Of a DNA stretch of 64,000 nt, positions 45,419 through 59,464 are shown one piece after another. A program made the translations under genes and the position numbers. This stretch comes from Folioceros fuciformis (taxonomy: Eukaryota), in the NCBI GenBank assembly GCA_049999805.1, contig JBNGIO010005494.1, positions 1 to 64,000 of the forward strand, read 5' to 3'. The notes beneath the pieces were generated by a model. It was not told where the DNA came from. It ran no database searches and saw only the letters and a list, made by a program, of their open reading frames with translations. Each line of letters begins with the position of its first letter. Positions within the stretch are counted from its first letter, which is position 1.

Positions 45419-46157
45419 CGATTCCGGGTGCCCGGGCCCGGGCCCGCCCCGCCCCGCCCCGCCTGATCCTCTCCTTTCCTCGACGGGAGCGGACCGGCTA
45501 CATCCAGACAACTCTCTGTAGTCGAAGTAGTAGCAGTCGTAGTGGCTGGTAGTTTGCAGCCGCTTCCCGATCCCTCTCCATCCTTCTTCATCCCCGGTGG
45601 ATCCCGCAGATCACAGCTGGACAAATCCAAGCCCGCCATCACCTGACACTAAAGATTTCTCAACCACTTTCACGCATGATGCACCATGTTCATGATGATG
45701 CATGCAGACAAAGCTGTCAGGGAAGAAGAGGGACTGGGGCTCCCAGTCTCCCGCCACGGCTAGCTACCCTCAAGAGACTGGAAGAGCAGACACGGGGTTT
45801 ATTGCCTACATACCTTGCACGTACCTGCACAATGCCTCCTGCAGGATGGCATCATCATCGCAACCACGGATACGTGTTGCTGCAAGCCATTGCAATAAAT
45901 GAACATAGCATTGGCACCATTTTACACCACAGACAAGTCTCATCGCTACCATGGCACACCTGAGTCAAGTCCTAACTTACTGCTGCCCACTGACCACTGC
46001 TACTTCCCACGTCTACTGCCCCGGACCTCTACTCCCTCAACCTGCAGCCGGGGCTGGGGGGGGGGGGGTCTAGAGGCGGGGAACATATAACTGCTGCTCC
46101 TCACCCACTTTTAATCAGTTGAATTAAACACTATCTAATCATGTACAGTGCAGAGCG

Positions 46158-49100
46158 TTAATGGAGCCACCGGACTACACCGTCCTCGTGCATTGCGGCT
46201 ACGATTTCGATGCGAGCCTCCAGTCTTACCTGCCACACCACACCACACCACACCACACACCACAACGCATCACCGCAGTTAGTGTCCACCCCGTCTACCA
46301 CCACGTAGCAACCCGCGATTTGTGGACTCGTAGGGCTTACTCTGCGAAACTTGGTGTTGGTCAGCCTGCAGTACAGCAACGTTGGCCCCTCCAACACCCA
46401 GGTCTCCCATATGTCAAATGTGTGGTTCGCGAATACCAGCTCCAGCTTCTTGTTCGCCTGGATTCAGGGTGCAGGAAGGTCATGACATCAACGGCCAGTC
46501 GTAGGGTGTAAGATTGTTCAAGTGCACGACTCAGCTTACACACACACACACTCAAGCAGGTGTTATCCAGGGTAAATAATATCCTTTACCTGTAACAATT
46601 TGCCTCCAGCAGCAAGTGAGCGCAGGCCGACTCGATCCTGAGCCACGCACATCAATATTACAACTTCAGATAGCTTCGACTGCGAAGAAACTACAACACT
46701 CAAGACGAGGCACCTAGCTGGGACTGAGACCTCACGACCTTACCTTGTGCCGAATCACAAGGAGGAACTGGGCTGCAGGGTCTCGATTGGTCACGTCCAG
46801 CCTGGTATCCAGGGACCAGCCTCGACCCGGGCCTCGTTGTCGAGCCACATAGTAGCCCGCCTCACCTGTTGTCCGCAGTGCAATAACAAGCCCATCTTTC
46901 AATTGGTCAATTGCCAAACCAGCAGTGTTAATGGGCTCTATACTATCCAGACTCTCAGCAATGCTCCCCATGGTCGTCAGCTCCCCTTCTCTTTCACATT
47001 GGACATCGACAGGTGAAGCGAACCGCGAACTAGGGTTTGTGACCTGATCGCAACCACTTACACTGGTAGCATGGTCATCGCGCTCCAGTGCGCCCAAATT
47101 GGCTTCCCTTCCAGGCACTGGGAACGCCTCGGACATATGATGTGCCTTCCTCCGCCCTGATCTTTTCCTGCCTTTCCTCCCACTTTTTGCATATTGGCTC
47201 CTGCCTTCGTTGTGACCCAAGGAGTTGGAAACCCCACCTTCCTGCGCATGCCTCCTGTCATCTGCCTGAGAATACATTAGCTTGCTGTTCTTCAAGTCCG
47301 TGCTGGTTTGAGAGTCAACATATAGCTGCTCCTCATCTCTATCTCTCCCTGAGCTATCTTTATCATATGCTTCCTGCTTCTCCTTCGACGGCAACGGAGG
47401 ATCCCAGTCCTCATTATCTTCGTCAGAAAGGTCGGCCAAGGGAATGAAATTGTCAATAAAAAATGATCGAAGAACTACCACCGCCTTCGCTCGAATTTCA
47501 GTCCAAACTTCTTCGCTATAGTCAGCACTCCGAGGCAGCAGTATAACATTTGGCAGTTCCCTGATCTGCAGTCATCATGAGACCTCTTAAAAGTGGGACA
47601 CAGGAATGCATCGTACCACAGCATCTGGTACAAACAACTCAATCAGACGGTTCATTCCGGACCGGCTGTTCAGTAATCAGTGCTCCAACCACCACAACTT
47701 TTCTCGGACCGTTAGCAACATCATGTTCACAAGTGTCCTAAATTCAGACAAGTGTCAATGTTGCGAGTCTCACCCAGGCTTCTGCCCACTGCGGCCCTTC
47801 CACTCCATCCAGCGCACAGCCTGATATTGTGCCGTCTATCAAAGCTTGCTTCACCGCACAGTCATCGAGAAGGTGGCAACTGCTTGTGTTGACAAGGAGC
47901 GCTCCTGGGCACCCGCATCCACTACACTATCAGGTTGTGCAAACACAATCACGGGCAATCAGTCCTACATCTACCCTCACGAACTATGCCGAACGGAAGG
48001 CATGAACCTTCACAACTAGTGACACCTAAGAGGAGGTAGGCTGTTCGCAAAACATAAGAGACACAAACCTTCTTTGATGTATTGGAGGGCTTCCGAATTG
48101 ATCATCTGTACAGTGTCATTGGTGAGCGGACAATGCAGTGATACCACATCACTGAAGGCAAGCAACTCCCTCAAAGTTCCAGCCTTCCTCACCGAGGAAG
48201 GAAAAGCCTTTCGACCAATTTGGGTTCTTTCCTGTAACGGCACAAGGAATCAACAAAATGCTAAAGCAAAAAGCCTAGCAAACCATGAGCTTGATGCCAT
48301 CAGAAAAGAAGTTGATGGCAAAACTCAGCTTATCTCCCAATCACTATTGAAAAGAACCACTTGAATTACAAAGTGAAGTCTCCGCACCTCATCCGTCTCA
48401 AAATATAGAACTCGCATCTTAAAGGCCACACTTCTTGCAGCAAGTGCGTACGCTGAAGAAGAAACCCCTACGATTCCAAGAACAAGGTCACGACACCTCC
48501 TCATACCTTTAAGGGCCACTTGCCCCGTGCCTAAACATCCAGTGTTCGAAAACCCTTGGCCACCTAACAAGTGAGTGCGCCTTAGCAGTCCTAATATTAA
48601 GGACATTGCAGTGTCTGCCACCTCATCTGCTCGACTCACATCCACATGCACAAGTTGGAGCCCGAGATCACTCGCCACAGCAGAGTCAACCCCCTTATCC
48701 ACTGATCCCAGGCACAGCACGAGCTGCCACGCGTGCAGACGCTGCTGTGCTGTGCGGGGAAGAAAAGCCAAAGTATGAAGCAACACGGCAGCTGCTGCCT
48801 CGATCTTGCCGTGCGAGAGTTGCGCAAGACTGACATGTTCCACCACAGCAACACCAGCCAAAGCTTCTGCTTCCAGGTGACAGTCTTCTAAGCAGTTGAG
48901 GGCAACAACCCTAGGCAGCACCACATCTTCCTCATCAGAGACGACATTGTATTGTCTCGTCATGCTACCCTGATGGTTACTGTTGGCATAACGGGCAAAC
49001 ACAGATGGCCCTTCTTCCTCGTCCGAGTCTTGCTCATTCAGTACAGTCTTGCCTTCCCGCTGGTTGTTGGAAGCACTGTTGCTAGGTCCCTTCACATTGC

Positions 49101-49269
49101 TGCCAACCTTGGACGTCGTTCTGCTCATCACGAAGGGTTCTGCAGTCCCGGAGGCAGCATCCCCGAAATGGTCAGCCACATACCCAGCTTGAGACTTCCC
49201 ATTACTCCTCTCATTGGTAGGGTCGTTCTTTCTGGACTCAGAGCTCTTGTCAAGAAGTCCTTTCGCCAT
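46158..49269 (-). CDS. AN: ANGUSTIFOLIA, plant CtBP/BARS homolog; about 7 exons
   Basis: Contains LPRVVALNCLEDC (LxCxE motif), RADEVADT, GMRRCRDLVLGIVG, DVVSLHC, GCALDG.EGPQW, LPRSADYSEEVW and DPAAQFL. The final exons read ELVFANHTFDIWETW and EDGVVRWLH*. The start ATG is uncertain. Confidence 0.93.
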
Positions 49270-50638
49270 CCCAGCGACTCTTAGCCAAATGCTCACTAAG
49301 CGTCAACTGGCAACCAATACGCACAGCTCCAGAGTCATCTTGGACATGCAGCTTCAAGATTCCCCCTAGGAGACTCCCGATTTTCTCCTGCGTAGAAACA
49401 TTGTCATGCCTGCGATGACAATTTGGCTCTCTTGCAGCATGATGGTCCGCCTTCTCCAACATGCATCAATGTGACAGATGTCGTAACGTCCTCAACAGTA
49501 CGAGGGAGGGAAGGAAAGTAGTCAAGCAGGCCTGCGATGTGAAACGCAAATGCTTTTCATCAGCAACCGAGGATCTCAGACCTGTCAGTGCCTCCGCCAT
49601 GACAGTGCCACGAGTACCGCAGCCGCAAAACAGGAGCTCTCTCCCCAACCGAACTTTTATTCACGCAACCGCACATCTACTCAACCACAAGAGAAACCAA
49701 CACAAGCTCGTTGAGACAAAAGCTGTCATTCATCTCCGACACCTGCAGGAACTAAAAGATAACCGTTCCAAGACCAACCACAGAACACATCGACCATTCC
49801 ACGACTCAGAAACTACAGCGCGGAAACCAAACAGCACTCCAACGCACAACCGCCTCACAGATACCTACATTTGCGCAACACAAAAATGGAGCAGTAAAAA
49901 AGAAACACAACGCACACCGGAAAAAATCAGTCCAAAAAGCTTCAAGCCGGATCCAAATCAACAAACAGGGCAGAAAGCAGATACGCAGAAAAGACGGTTG
50001 TCCGAATGCACACTGCACCAAGTGAACTGAGCCACTGCAGCAAATCCTCCAAAATGCGCGGTTCAAAAATAGATCCCAGGCAAACATCCCAGACCACAGA
50101 TTCTGACAAACTTTGCCATTCGCACAGGGCTGTGGCTTCCAGAGGCACTCAACGCGACCGCATCAGAATCAAAAAATTGCCACAAAAATACAATAAGTCA
50201 CAGGAGACTCACATTGGGCCGGAAACAGGGTCAGACTTCACATACCGCTGCAAGCCAGTTCTCTGCAACCGGGACAGCAGAAGCGAGAGCAAGCGCCGAG
50301 AGTGCGGGGCGGACGGAAAGGCACCAGCGTTTGCAGCAGCTTCGTCTTCTTCGTCTGCACTTTCCCTGACGATTCGCCCATGCCTGGGAGCCAGGAGGGC
50401 TTTCGCCGTGGCGAAACCTGCAGTGGAGGGAATTCAAACGGACTGTTCATAACTCCAGCAGATTAACCTTAAACGCCACTTGAAAGCAGTGATTAGTCCG
50501 TAAAACCCTTCGTGGACGGCGGACAGTGGGATCTATATNNNNNNNNNNNNNNNNNNNNNNNNNNNNNNNNNNNNNNNNNNNNNNNNNNNNNNNNNNNNNN
50601 NNNNNNNNNNNNNNNNNNNNNNNNNNNNNNNNNNNNNN

Positions 50639-53600
50639 ATGGGCGGACCTGGCCCGCCCCCTGCTCAAGCATGGCGATTTGAAAGCGGAGCAGAATCCCA
50701 AGATTTTGGTGCCGGGGTGTGGAAATTCTGCGTTGTCGGCATCTATGTATGACGCCGGATTTCTGCACATTACCAACATCGATTTCTCTAGGGTGGTGGT
50801 GGCCGAGATGTTGCGACTCCACGTGCGGGCGCGGCCGAAAATGCGGTGGCTGGTGATGGACATGACTCGGATGCAGGTGGGTGTTGTGGGTCAGTGCTTG
50901 TCTTGAATTTACCACGCTGTATGACTCCTCTTTCTCATGACTGTTCCATTTAGTTTGGCAGTTTCCCGACGAGTCTTACGATTTTGTACTTGATAAGGGA
51001 GGGTTGGATGCCTTGATGGGGGACGACGAGAGACCAGGCCGTCTGTTCCTGTCTGAGGTGAGAGGGAGGAGCGTGTGCTAGTTCTGGTTGGTTAGTGGTC
51101 GTTGTGGGCATAATGGGGTGAATTCAACTACGTGTGTAGGTGGGACGAGTATTGAAGAAGGGTGGGAGATTTGCCTGCATTACGTTGGCCCAGAAGCATG
51201 TGATTGGTTGGTAGCTTGAAGTGGAACTCCCTGGAGGTCGCCTCCATGTGTCTGGCTGGTTCAGATACTCTTTGTGATGGTTTTCATTTTGAGTCTACAT
51301 TCATTTGCAGGTTGTAACTTTTGGTTTCGTCTTTCAGAGCTGCTCTTGTCGAAGTTTAGGGAAGGGTGGAGATTGAGTTTGTATCTTGTGCCACCGACTT
51401 CTGGAGATGCAGCTGCAGAGGTGGTGTCTGGGAAGCAGAATGTGCCCGTGTCATTGGTGCCTTTCCTGGTCGTCGGCAGAAAGGAGGGATCCAAGAAGAT
51501 GCATGCAGTCGAAGCAAGTTTTGATGCGAGTGAAGTGGACCAAGTTCCTGAGAAGCAGGTATTTGGCTCGTTTGTTTCTGTGGCGGCACTGTCATTGTTG
51601 TGGATGTTGGAAGGGCCTTTCTCATGTGTGATGATTTGGGTCCCTTCTCCAGCTGAAGCCACTGTTGGAAGTGTTAGACAAGGAGAACAAATTTCGCACC
51701 TTAGGGAGCCGGCTATTTGGACCTGATCACGTGTCAGAAGACATATTCAAAACTCGGCACCCTGGTCGGAGGATTATGGTCATGCTAGGTGGCGAAGGCC
51801 TGTCAAAGTTTGTGTACAAAGCCTGGGTGCTGGATGCAAAGCCTGATTCCTCAAAGTTGGCACATGCTGCGGCTGTGTTCCTTGTGCCTAAGGTGAGAAA
51901 CACCGTCAGTTCATGATCCGGCAGATGACGGGCTACCTTCCTGGTATGAGAAGTAACTGGCCACACAGGTTATTGGGTAGTCAGCATCTGCTCGCTCGGT
52001 GTCGCAGGGTCGAGCACATGAGTGGCTCTTCTCATCAGAGGAAGGACATTGGCAGGTTGCTGCAAGTGCAGGAGCTGGTCGACTCATCCTGGTAGGTTCA
52101 AAAATGTTCTCTGCTGTGGTATTACTCTGATTGGCCAAGCTTAAAGTGGAACTCGCTGTTTTTCGCAGGTTTTCCTAGACACGAAACACTACCCAGATGA
52201 CCTCCAAGTTATACAGGTCAATTCGACCTGGTTTTCAGCCGGTCGACTCCACCTATGTGCCCATAACTGAAAAGCATGGGTCTTTATTTTGCAGGATGAT
52301 TTTTCTCCACTTGCGAGGATGATATTGCCTGAAGATTGCCGAGAAGGAAATGATACACCGTACGTGATGTCATTTGATTCTGCAATTAATACTTTGCCCC
52401 TTCAAGTCAAGGGTGACGTGTGAATCTGGGTGAAAGAATTGTCTTGGCAGCGATGATGGGTGCACACGGTATGGTGCACTTAACATGCTTTGCCCTGGTA
52501 TGATTACAGTTACATGACCATGGGCGATGGTGTTGCCAACAGAGTTGTGCTACAAGAGGTATAGATTGTTGCTTGTTATCTACCGTAGAATTTCGAGCTA
52601 CAATGGCTTTATGGTTAACAACACCCTTGTGTTTCCTCATTGTTTTATACAATAACTGTGCGGTAACTTGTCCTAGCAGAAAGATTCTACTCTTACTGGC
52701 ACAATGCTTGTCGAAGATGTTGAGGTCGATGAAGGGGAGAAAAATGGTAACCAACCATCAGAAAGGAAGTTCTTCCGGCGCCTCGTGTTCAGAAGGAATC
52801 CTAACCTTATACAGTCAGAGGCTTTGCTTATCAAGATTGAAAAGAGTGCCACTGGGAAGAGCAGACGACCTACACATGGCAAGAAGAAAAACAAACATTC
52901 AAAAGATTCTGCAGGTATGATAACTGGTAGCCTGATTAATGAATGCTTTTCTGTAGGGCTTCACAGTGCCACCCACACGAAAGTTGACCCTGCTTTCTTG
53001 AATCCAGGATCGACGACCGACTTCAAGGTGGATCACAGCTATTTGGCAAGTCCTTATCATGCTGGGATGATCGCAGGGCTTGCTTTGATTGCTGACAGGA
53101 TTGATGAGTGGCTGTCTCTTCACAGTCAGGTGAATACACATCAGGCTGCCATATCCATGCATAGTCGCCTTTTTTGATCGGAGGATTGACTGTCGTAGAG
53201 CTCATGGTCGGTATCTCATCCTCATGACTATATGTTTTTATCAACAGATGACCATGATGGTTGTGGGGCTTGGAGCTGGGCTTTTGCCTATGTTTGTCCA
53301 CAACCATTTACCGCTTCAGAGAATTCGGGTACTGCTGACACTGTACAGCTTCTTACGATCACCTGTGTCTTTGGTAGATGTTAATCTTTTCGTTCCTGCG
53401 GTACCAGATTGTAGAGTTGGATAAAGGAGTGGGAGATTTAGCAAAACGACACTTTGGTTTCATCGAAACCGATCGGATGAAGGTAACGTACTCTACTGCG
53501 TTCGCCTTCTTTCCCAAGTATGTAGTGTCTCCCCTGTGTGCCAGTGGTAAATCTTCAACCTGTGAACTCCGTCGACTTTTTTGCAGATGGAAATTGGAGA

Positions 53601-54337
53601 TGGAATTGCAGCAGTTGAAGAGATTGCAAAGGACTATCCAGTCACCCCGGGTCAGCCTGCCGCCAAAGAGTCGAGCCACGATTCTATAGTAACAGGATTG
53701 AAAAACCTTACAGTAGGTCAGGACAGGCGCCTTCACATGCTTCTTGTGGATGCGGACTCAGAAAATCCAAGGTAACTGACTTCTGAAACCGCTGTGGACG
53801 GACTTGTTGCTGTCTGTTTGGAGGAGGTTCGCGGCAGGTTGTGTACAGTACGACCGATGAAACATCTCCTTCATGTGCAGCACTGGGCTTAGTTGTCCGC
53901 CTCCTGGTTTCCTTGAGGAATCTTTTTTGCGAGCTGCTAAATCAGCGCTCGTGGACGGAGGCATCCTGGTTATCAACGTCGTCTCTCGAATCGCAGCTCC
54001 ATGCGTTGCTGCCGTTGCTTCGCTGAAAGAGGTTGGTTGCCCTCGCCCTCTCTCATTTCCATTTAGAGCTCTGCAGCGTTTTCTTCCACTTTCTCGGTGT
54101 CTGACCCGATAGAGATGTCATGTGCCACAGTTGTACGAGGAGGTTTACGAGCTGAAAATTGACGAGGATGTCAATCGAGTCTTGTTTGCCCTACCACAAC
54201 GAAGGGCAGCCAGCGAGGACAAGGATTCCATGTTGACTGCGGCCTCGCTATTAAAGAGAATTGCTACAGATTTTGCTCGCTGGCAAAACGGGCCCAACCT
54301 TGACGAGTTGTTGAAAGATCTCAGACGACTTGTCTGA
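50639..54337 (+). CDS. METTL13: eEF1A lysine and N-terminal methyltransferase (METTL13/EEF1AKNMT-like); multi-exon; start probably within the gap 50539-50638
   Basis: MTase 1 has ILVPGCGNS, ITNIDFS, DMTRMQ, VLDKGGLDALM and TLAQKHV. The linker has FLVPK...EWLFSSEEG and RRLVF...LIQSEA. MTase 2 has YLAS.YH.GMI, VVGLGAGLLPMF, VDADS, CPPPGFLE and DVNRVLF. Confidence 0.92.
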
Positions 54338-55058
54338 AAGACGTGATTGCAGAGGCCCTTGGACGGAGGCTGTCTCGGCTTGTATTGTCTTGGATTGACC
54401 TAGATCCATTCCTAGGGTTTCCTACCCTTGCCTGACATACAGTGCTCGCGTTGCTTCCTGGCCATTGCCTGTGTCGCTGAGAGGATAGAGCTCCACGTTT
54501 GGTCCATAGCGGTGGGAGATTAAAGATTTTGTTTCATTCTCCTCTCTGGCTGTGGACGCGCGAGCTTTCTTCAACTCGTACCGTTTTCCTCTCCGGAGTG
54601 GTCATGTGTTCGCAAGTACATAAAATATTCGAAGGTAGTTCCTGAGGTTGGGCCATCTGAAGGTAACACTCGTACACACTGCCTATCCCTTGTCGGTACC
54701 ATCTGCCGAAGATGCATTGCACAGTTGGGTCATAAATACTCCATCCTACTCATGGGCAACTGAAGACTTGTTGGATGCTCATAGCGCCGCCCCTGGAAAA
54801 TTTCTCAATGTCGGTACCATCTGCTGAACTCTGCATTCCGTGACAGGCAAGAATGAGAGGACGAATTGAATTTCTGCAGACGAGCTGTAAAGCTGGAAGC
54901 TACCAGATAGCTGCATTTCCTGCAGGCTCCTGCTTTCTGGAACCTTTTGTGCACTGAGTCCGGCAAGCTGTAGGATAATGGGCCGGAGCCAAGCTTGCAG
55001 GTGCCAGACAGTCTTCTCCAGTTTGGCAAAAGTTTCTGGGTTCAGGGCGGAGTTGGAA

Positions 55059-58000
55059 ATGGGCACAAAGCGACGAGGAGGCATGGGGATTGGCATGCTG
55101 CTGATTCTTTTCTGGAATTGCATTTTGTGGCAGAGCTTGTTCCGGAGCGGTTCGGATACGGGGGCTTTCGTGTCCGCGCAAGTGCGCCCGTCAGGTGTGC
55201 AGCAGATCAGATGCTTGCCGGTTGCAATTGGTAATTTGACGAGTGATTTGGCGCTGAAGATGGGCAAATGTTGCGCGCGATTGTGGTCGGGCTTGTTCAG
55301 ATCTTAGCATCGACTGCGGCTCTGCTCCTGGTTCGACACCGTACACCAATCCCGACACCACTTACGTCTTCACTAACGACAACTTCATCACGACAGGAGA
55401 AATCGCAAACGTGACCACAAACACTCCAGTCACCGATGACTTGAAGACGCTGAGATATTTCCCAGCGTCTTCCACGCCTGTCAAGAACTGCTATGTGATC
55501 CCCGTGCAGAACGATACGCAGTACCTTCTCCGAGCTTGGTTCTATTTCGGGAATTACGTTCCTGCTCCCTTGTCTGGCACCATCGGGTTTCAGGTAATAA
55601 TGAGCGTCCTTGCGATTCTGATCGGGCATTCTAGAGGTGTGAATGTTCGGTTCGTTGCTGCGAGGATTTCACAAGTTTGGGAACTCTGGCAGCTGGCTTT
55701 GGACGCCACGTTGTGGAAAAATGTGTCCATCGACACCACCTCCGCAGATTCGATCGTTCGGGCGGAGGCTATGGTATGGACAGCCAAGCCCAGTATCAGC
55801 GTCTGCATCATCAGGACAGCAGATACCGACGCTCCTTTCGTCAACTCCCTGGAGATCAGAGAAATCAAGTTACCATCTTACATTGAGAACATCAATGCCT
55901 CCTATCCCTCTTCTATCTTCCTCAACATGGCCTTCAGGGTCAATTTTGGATTTCAGAATGAAACTTTCAGGTACGGGCCTACGTCGTGCAAGCTTGCAAC
56001 TCAACATGGCTTGCTTGTCGTTTGTCAGGTCTTCTGACAGCTCAACGTTGGAAAGACGCAGTGCTGAAAACGTTCTGGCTAGCTTGCAGGTATCCTCACG
56101 ACAGGTTTGACAGGATATGGCCGCCAATGGATAACAGCGGACTGGATTGGACACCCATATTCGCACCCAATTACCCCAATCAAGTCATGAACTTCAACGA
56201 GACGGCCCAAACTACCGGCGACTTTCCTCCCAGCGTGGTCATGCAATCCGCTATCACCTCACCCGGCTGGCTAGTCTACTCTCTTCAGTTTACGGGTCCT
56301 CTTCCGACCTCACGTTTCTATTATCGGCTCTATTTTGCGGAGCTAGAGGTATTGTCAGCAGGAAGCAGGTGAATGGTTTTAAGATACGAAACATTTCTGG
56401 AGTTTCCAATGCATTCCTGCCGTACACTGTGTAACTGATGCCTCAGGTGTGTGCTCACCTTCTTCACCGGGATGTTGTTTCCTGCTCGCAGGGTTATGGA
56501 CCTGCTGTCCAACTTCATGCCACTTACATCGGGGATCGATGTATTCAACTTGACAGCATATAGCCCCTATACTGTCCTGCAAATTGGAAGCAATGACTTT
56601 GAGATGCCTGCCAGTGACTCGCTGATACTATTTTTCAACCTCAGCCGCGATCTTAGTTCTTCCTACGACCCGATTATCAACGCATTGGAGTTCTGCATCG
56701 TCCATGATGTGCTTCCAGGAGCAGATCCTGAAGATGGTACGCTTTTCCACGTTTGATTGTCCTCTAGTTCTCGTCCCACCAGATCGGTTCGTGCTGGTTT
56801 GTTTTCCTAGCACTTGGTAGAATTTTGTGTTTGCCAATGGCTTTCGTACACAGTCACTGCATTGACGACTCTCAAGACTTCTCTTGGCTACACTCAATGG
56901 GTTAGCGATCCATGTGACCCTGTTCCATGGGATGAGCTTGCCTGCACTAAGGATCGAGTTACGTCTCTGTAAGTTGCTCATTGATGACTGGAGGAACTCT
57001 TGAAGCAGAAAAGCACGTTAGGAAGATGCACACACTAGCCTGTAACACTCACAACTCCCTCTAAAAGGCTCTTTGCGTCATCATTTCCTGCAGGAACCTT
57101 TCCAGCAAGAATCTCACCGGCTCTATACCGTCAGACATCTCAAACCTTACAGCGCTCACCAGCCTGTCTGTACAATTACTCCAGCCTCCCCTTGGATTGG
57201 TTCACCTAGGAATGCGATATCTCTCGTTCTTAGCCTCATTCAAAAGTACATGTGACTCAGGAACCTGTCAGAGAATCAACTCGTCGGCTCCATTCCCAGC
57301 TGGGTGGGGAACCTGCCCTTGAGGATACTGTGAGTGACTCCTAAACTCTCAGTGGCTTCAGCAGTAGCTCAGGCTCAGTTTCCACTTTCGTTCTAGCCAT
57401 TCGGCCTGACGTGGTCTTTGGTGATATCCACAGCGATGTTTCCAACAACAACCTGAGTGGTTCCTTCCCTGCCACATTTTTCCTGACGATCTCTGATTTC
57501 CGGTTAGCGCACATTGTAGCTTGAGCCAATTTCCCCCTGTTCAGAGCTGATTCGGTGGGATTTCACCTGTTTCTAATCGCATGGAGCTCCTACTTGTGGT
57601 CACCCCAGGTATTCTGGTAATCCTCTGCTTTACTGCGTTGACGTTCCTACCAGCAGCGTTTCTTGCCCACAGTCACCACCATCAGCACCTTCTCCACCGT
57701 CGCCCCCGCCCTCCAGGACAAGTCGTGGCAAAACATCTACTGGGCCAATCGTTGATGGCGTTGCTGGGGCAGTTGTGGTTCTTCTTGTTGCAGGTGGAAT
57801 CCTGACATGGTACATGTGTGCCACACCAGACAAATCAGTGACAATACGAACTCTGCCATCCCCAATGATGGAGACTGGTAATCAAGTGCTACTATACTGC
57901 GTCCCTCTTTGAGACAACTTTCACTTTCTGGCACAGCTTTAACAGGTTTTGAGGTTGGAGTGTGGCAGCTCTTATCAGAGCCAGAAACGTTCACCACACA

Positions 58001-59464
58001 CCAAGAAACAAACCCTTCACGCTGCAAGCTATTAAGGTTGCCACGACAAATTTCTCGACAAAAATCGGCGAGGGAGGATTTGGACCTGTGTACCTCGGAA
58101 GTGTTGACGGCCGACAAGTTGCTGTGAAAGTCATGTCACGAACGACACGGCAAGGCTCTCACGAATTCCTCAACGAGGTGAGCGGACCATTGGATTAACA
58201 GTGTGAACAAAGTATTACTCTTGAGCCCGGCCAGGCATGTTCCTCATTGCTGCGTGTCCTACAGATTGAGCTTTTGTCAAGCGTACATCACAAGAGGTTG
58301 GTCACTCTTTTGGGTTACTGCGAGGAAGGACAGGATCCTATTCTGCTCTACGAATACATGCCCGGAGGAGACCTCCAGAAGCGCCTGCAAGGTACATGTA
58401 CACTTTGTGCACTTGTCCAGAAATGGATCTGCAGAGTAAGTGGATTCGCAGGCTTTCTGGGCACACTTTCTCCTAATTACTGGGGTTGACAATTTCGCGC
58501 TGTCCGAGTGTGTGTGGCCGCCAGGTCCCATGGCTCTGCAGCACCCGCTAACCTGGATTGAGAGGCTGCACATAGCATTGGATGCTGCCCAAGGTCAGCT
58601 CATCAGTCCATGGAAGTATGCCATTTCCCCCGCTCTGCACGACTGGATGGCGTCTGAACGTGGCCGATACTTGGTGGGAGCAGGTCTAGAGTACCTGCAC
58701 CATGGGTGCAATCCAGCCATCATTCATAGGGATGTGAAGAGCAGCAACATTCTGCTGAACCAGAATCTAGAGGCCAAAGTGGCGGATTTCGGCCTTTCCA
58801 AGTTGACAGACGGGACATCAAACATGGTGACAGCGGTGAAAGGAACTTTCGGATACCTCGATCCCTTGTAAGTGGACTGGCCACCGAGAGTTTAGCAACG
58901 GTGGCTAGGACTTCGTGTTGCTGTCTTGAGCTGGCATGTTGGGAGCGTGGCAGGTACAACAGAACTGGGCTGTTAAATGAAAAGAGCGACGTCTATAGCT
59001 TCGGAATTGTGCTGATGGAAATCCTGTGCGGACGTCCGCCCCTTGTCCAAGAAGGCCAGTTCAATTTCATTGTAGACGAGGTGATCCAAATTTTCAAGTT
59101 GCCATTTGCAAGCGATGAAGCACTGTTTGCGGAAAGCCGTTGAGACGTGGACTCTTCGGTTGCGCAGGTGATGTCTGCAATGAGCAAGAATGCGGTGCTA
59201 TTAGCGGTGGATCCGGTCCTTCGAGAAGCCGTCATCCATGAGCAATCAGTGTGGAGATATTTGGACCTCGCGTCGGCATGCGTGTCGCCTTCCGGCGAGT
59301 CTAGGCCAACCATGCAGGAGGTGGTGAAAGAGCTCTGCACTTTGGCACAGGAGTCACGAAGACAAACAGCGGGAGGGACAGATTCTAGCAGAGACAAACA
59401 AAACCCAACTCCCGACACGCTGTCCTCAATCTTCTATGCCAGTGACGATCCTTGTGCTAGGTAG
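55059..59464 (+). CDS. Malectin-like domain LRR receptor-like kinase (LRR-I/IOS1-like type), RD kinase; multi-exon
   Basis: Domain order: signal peptide; [47 protein letters not shown]; WxxDPC; short LRR exons; TM helix. Kinase motifs are [29 protein letters not shown] and SDVYSFG. Confidence 0.93.

Noticed and set aside
46579..46587. Perfect U12 donor ATATCCTTT on the + strand
   Set aside because: It lies antisense within an AN intron that starts with a normal cag|gtaaag donor on the - strand, and there is no + strand gene here.
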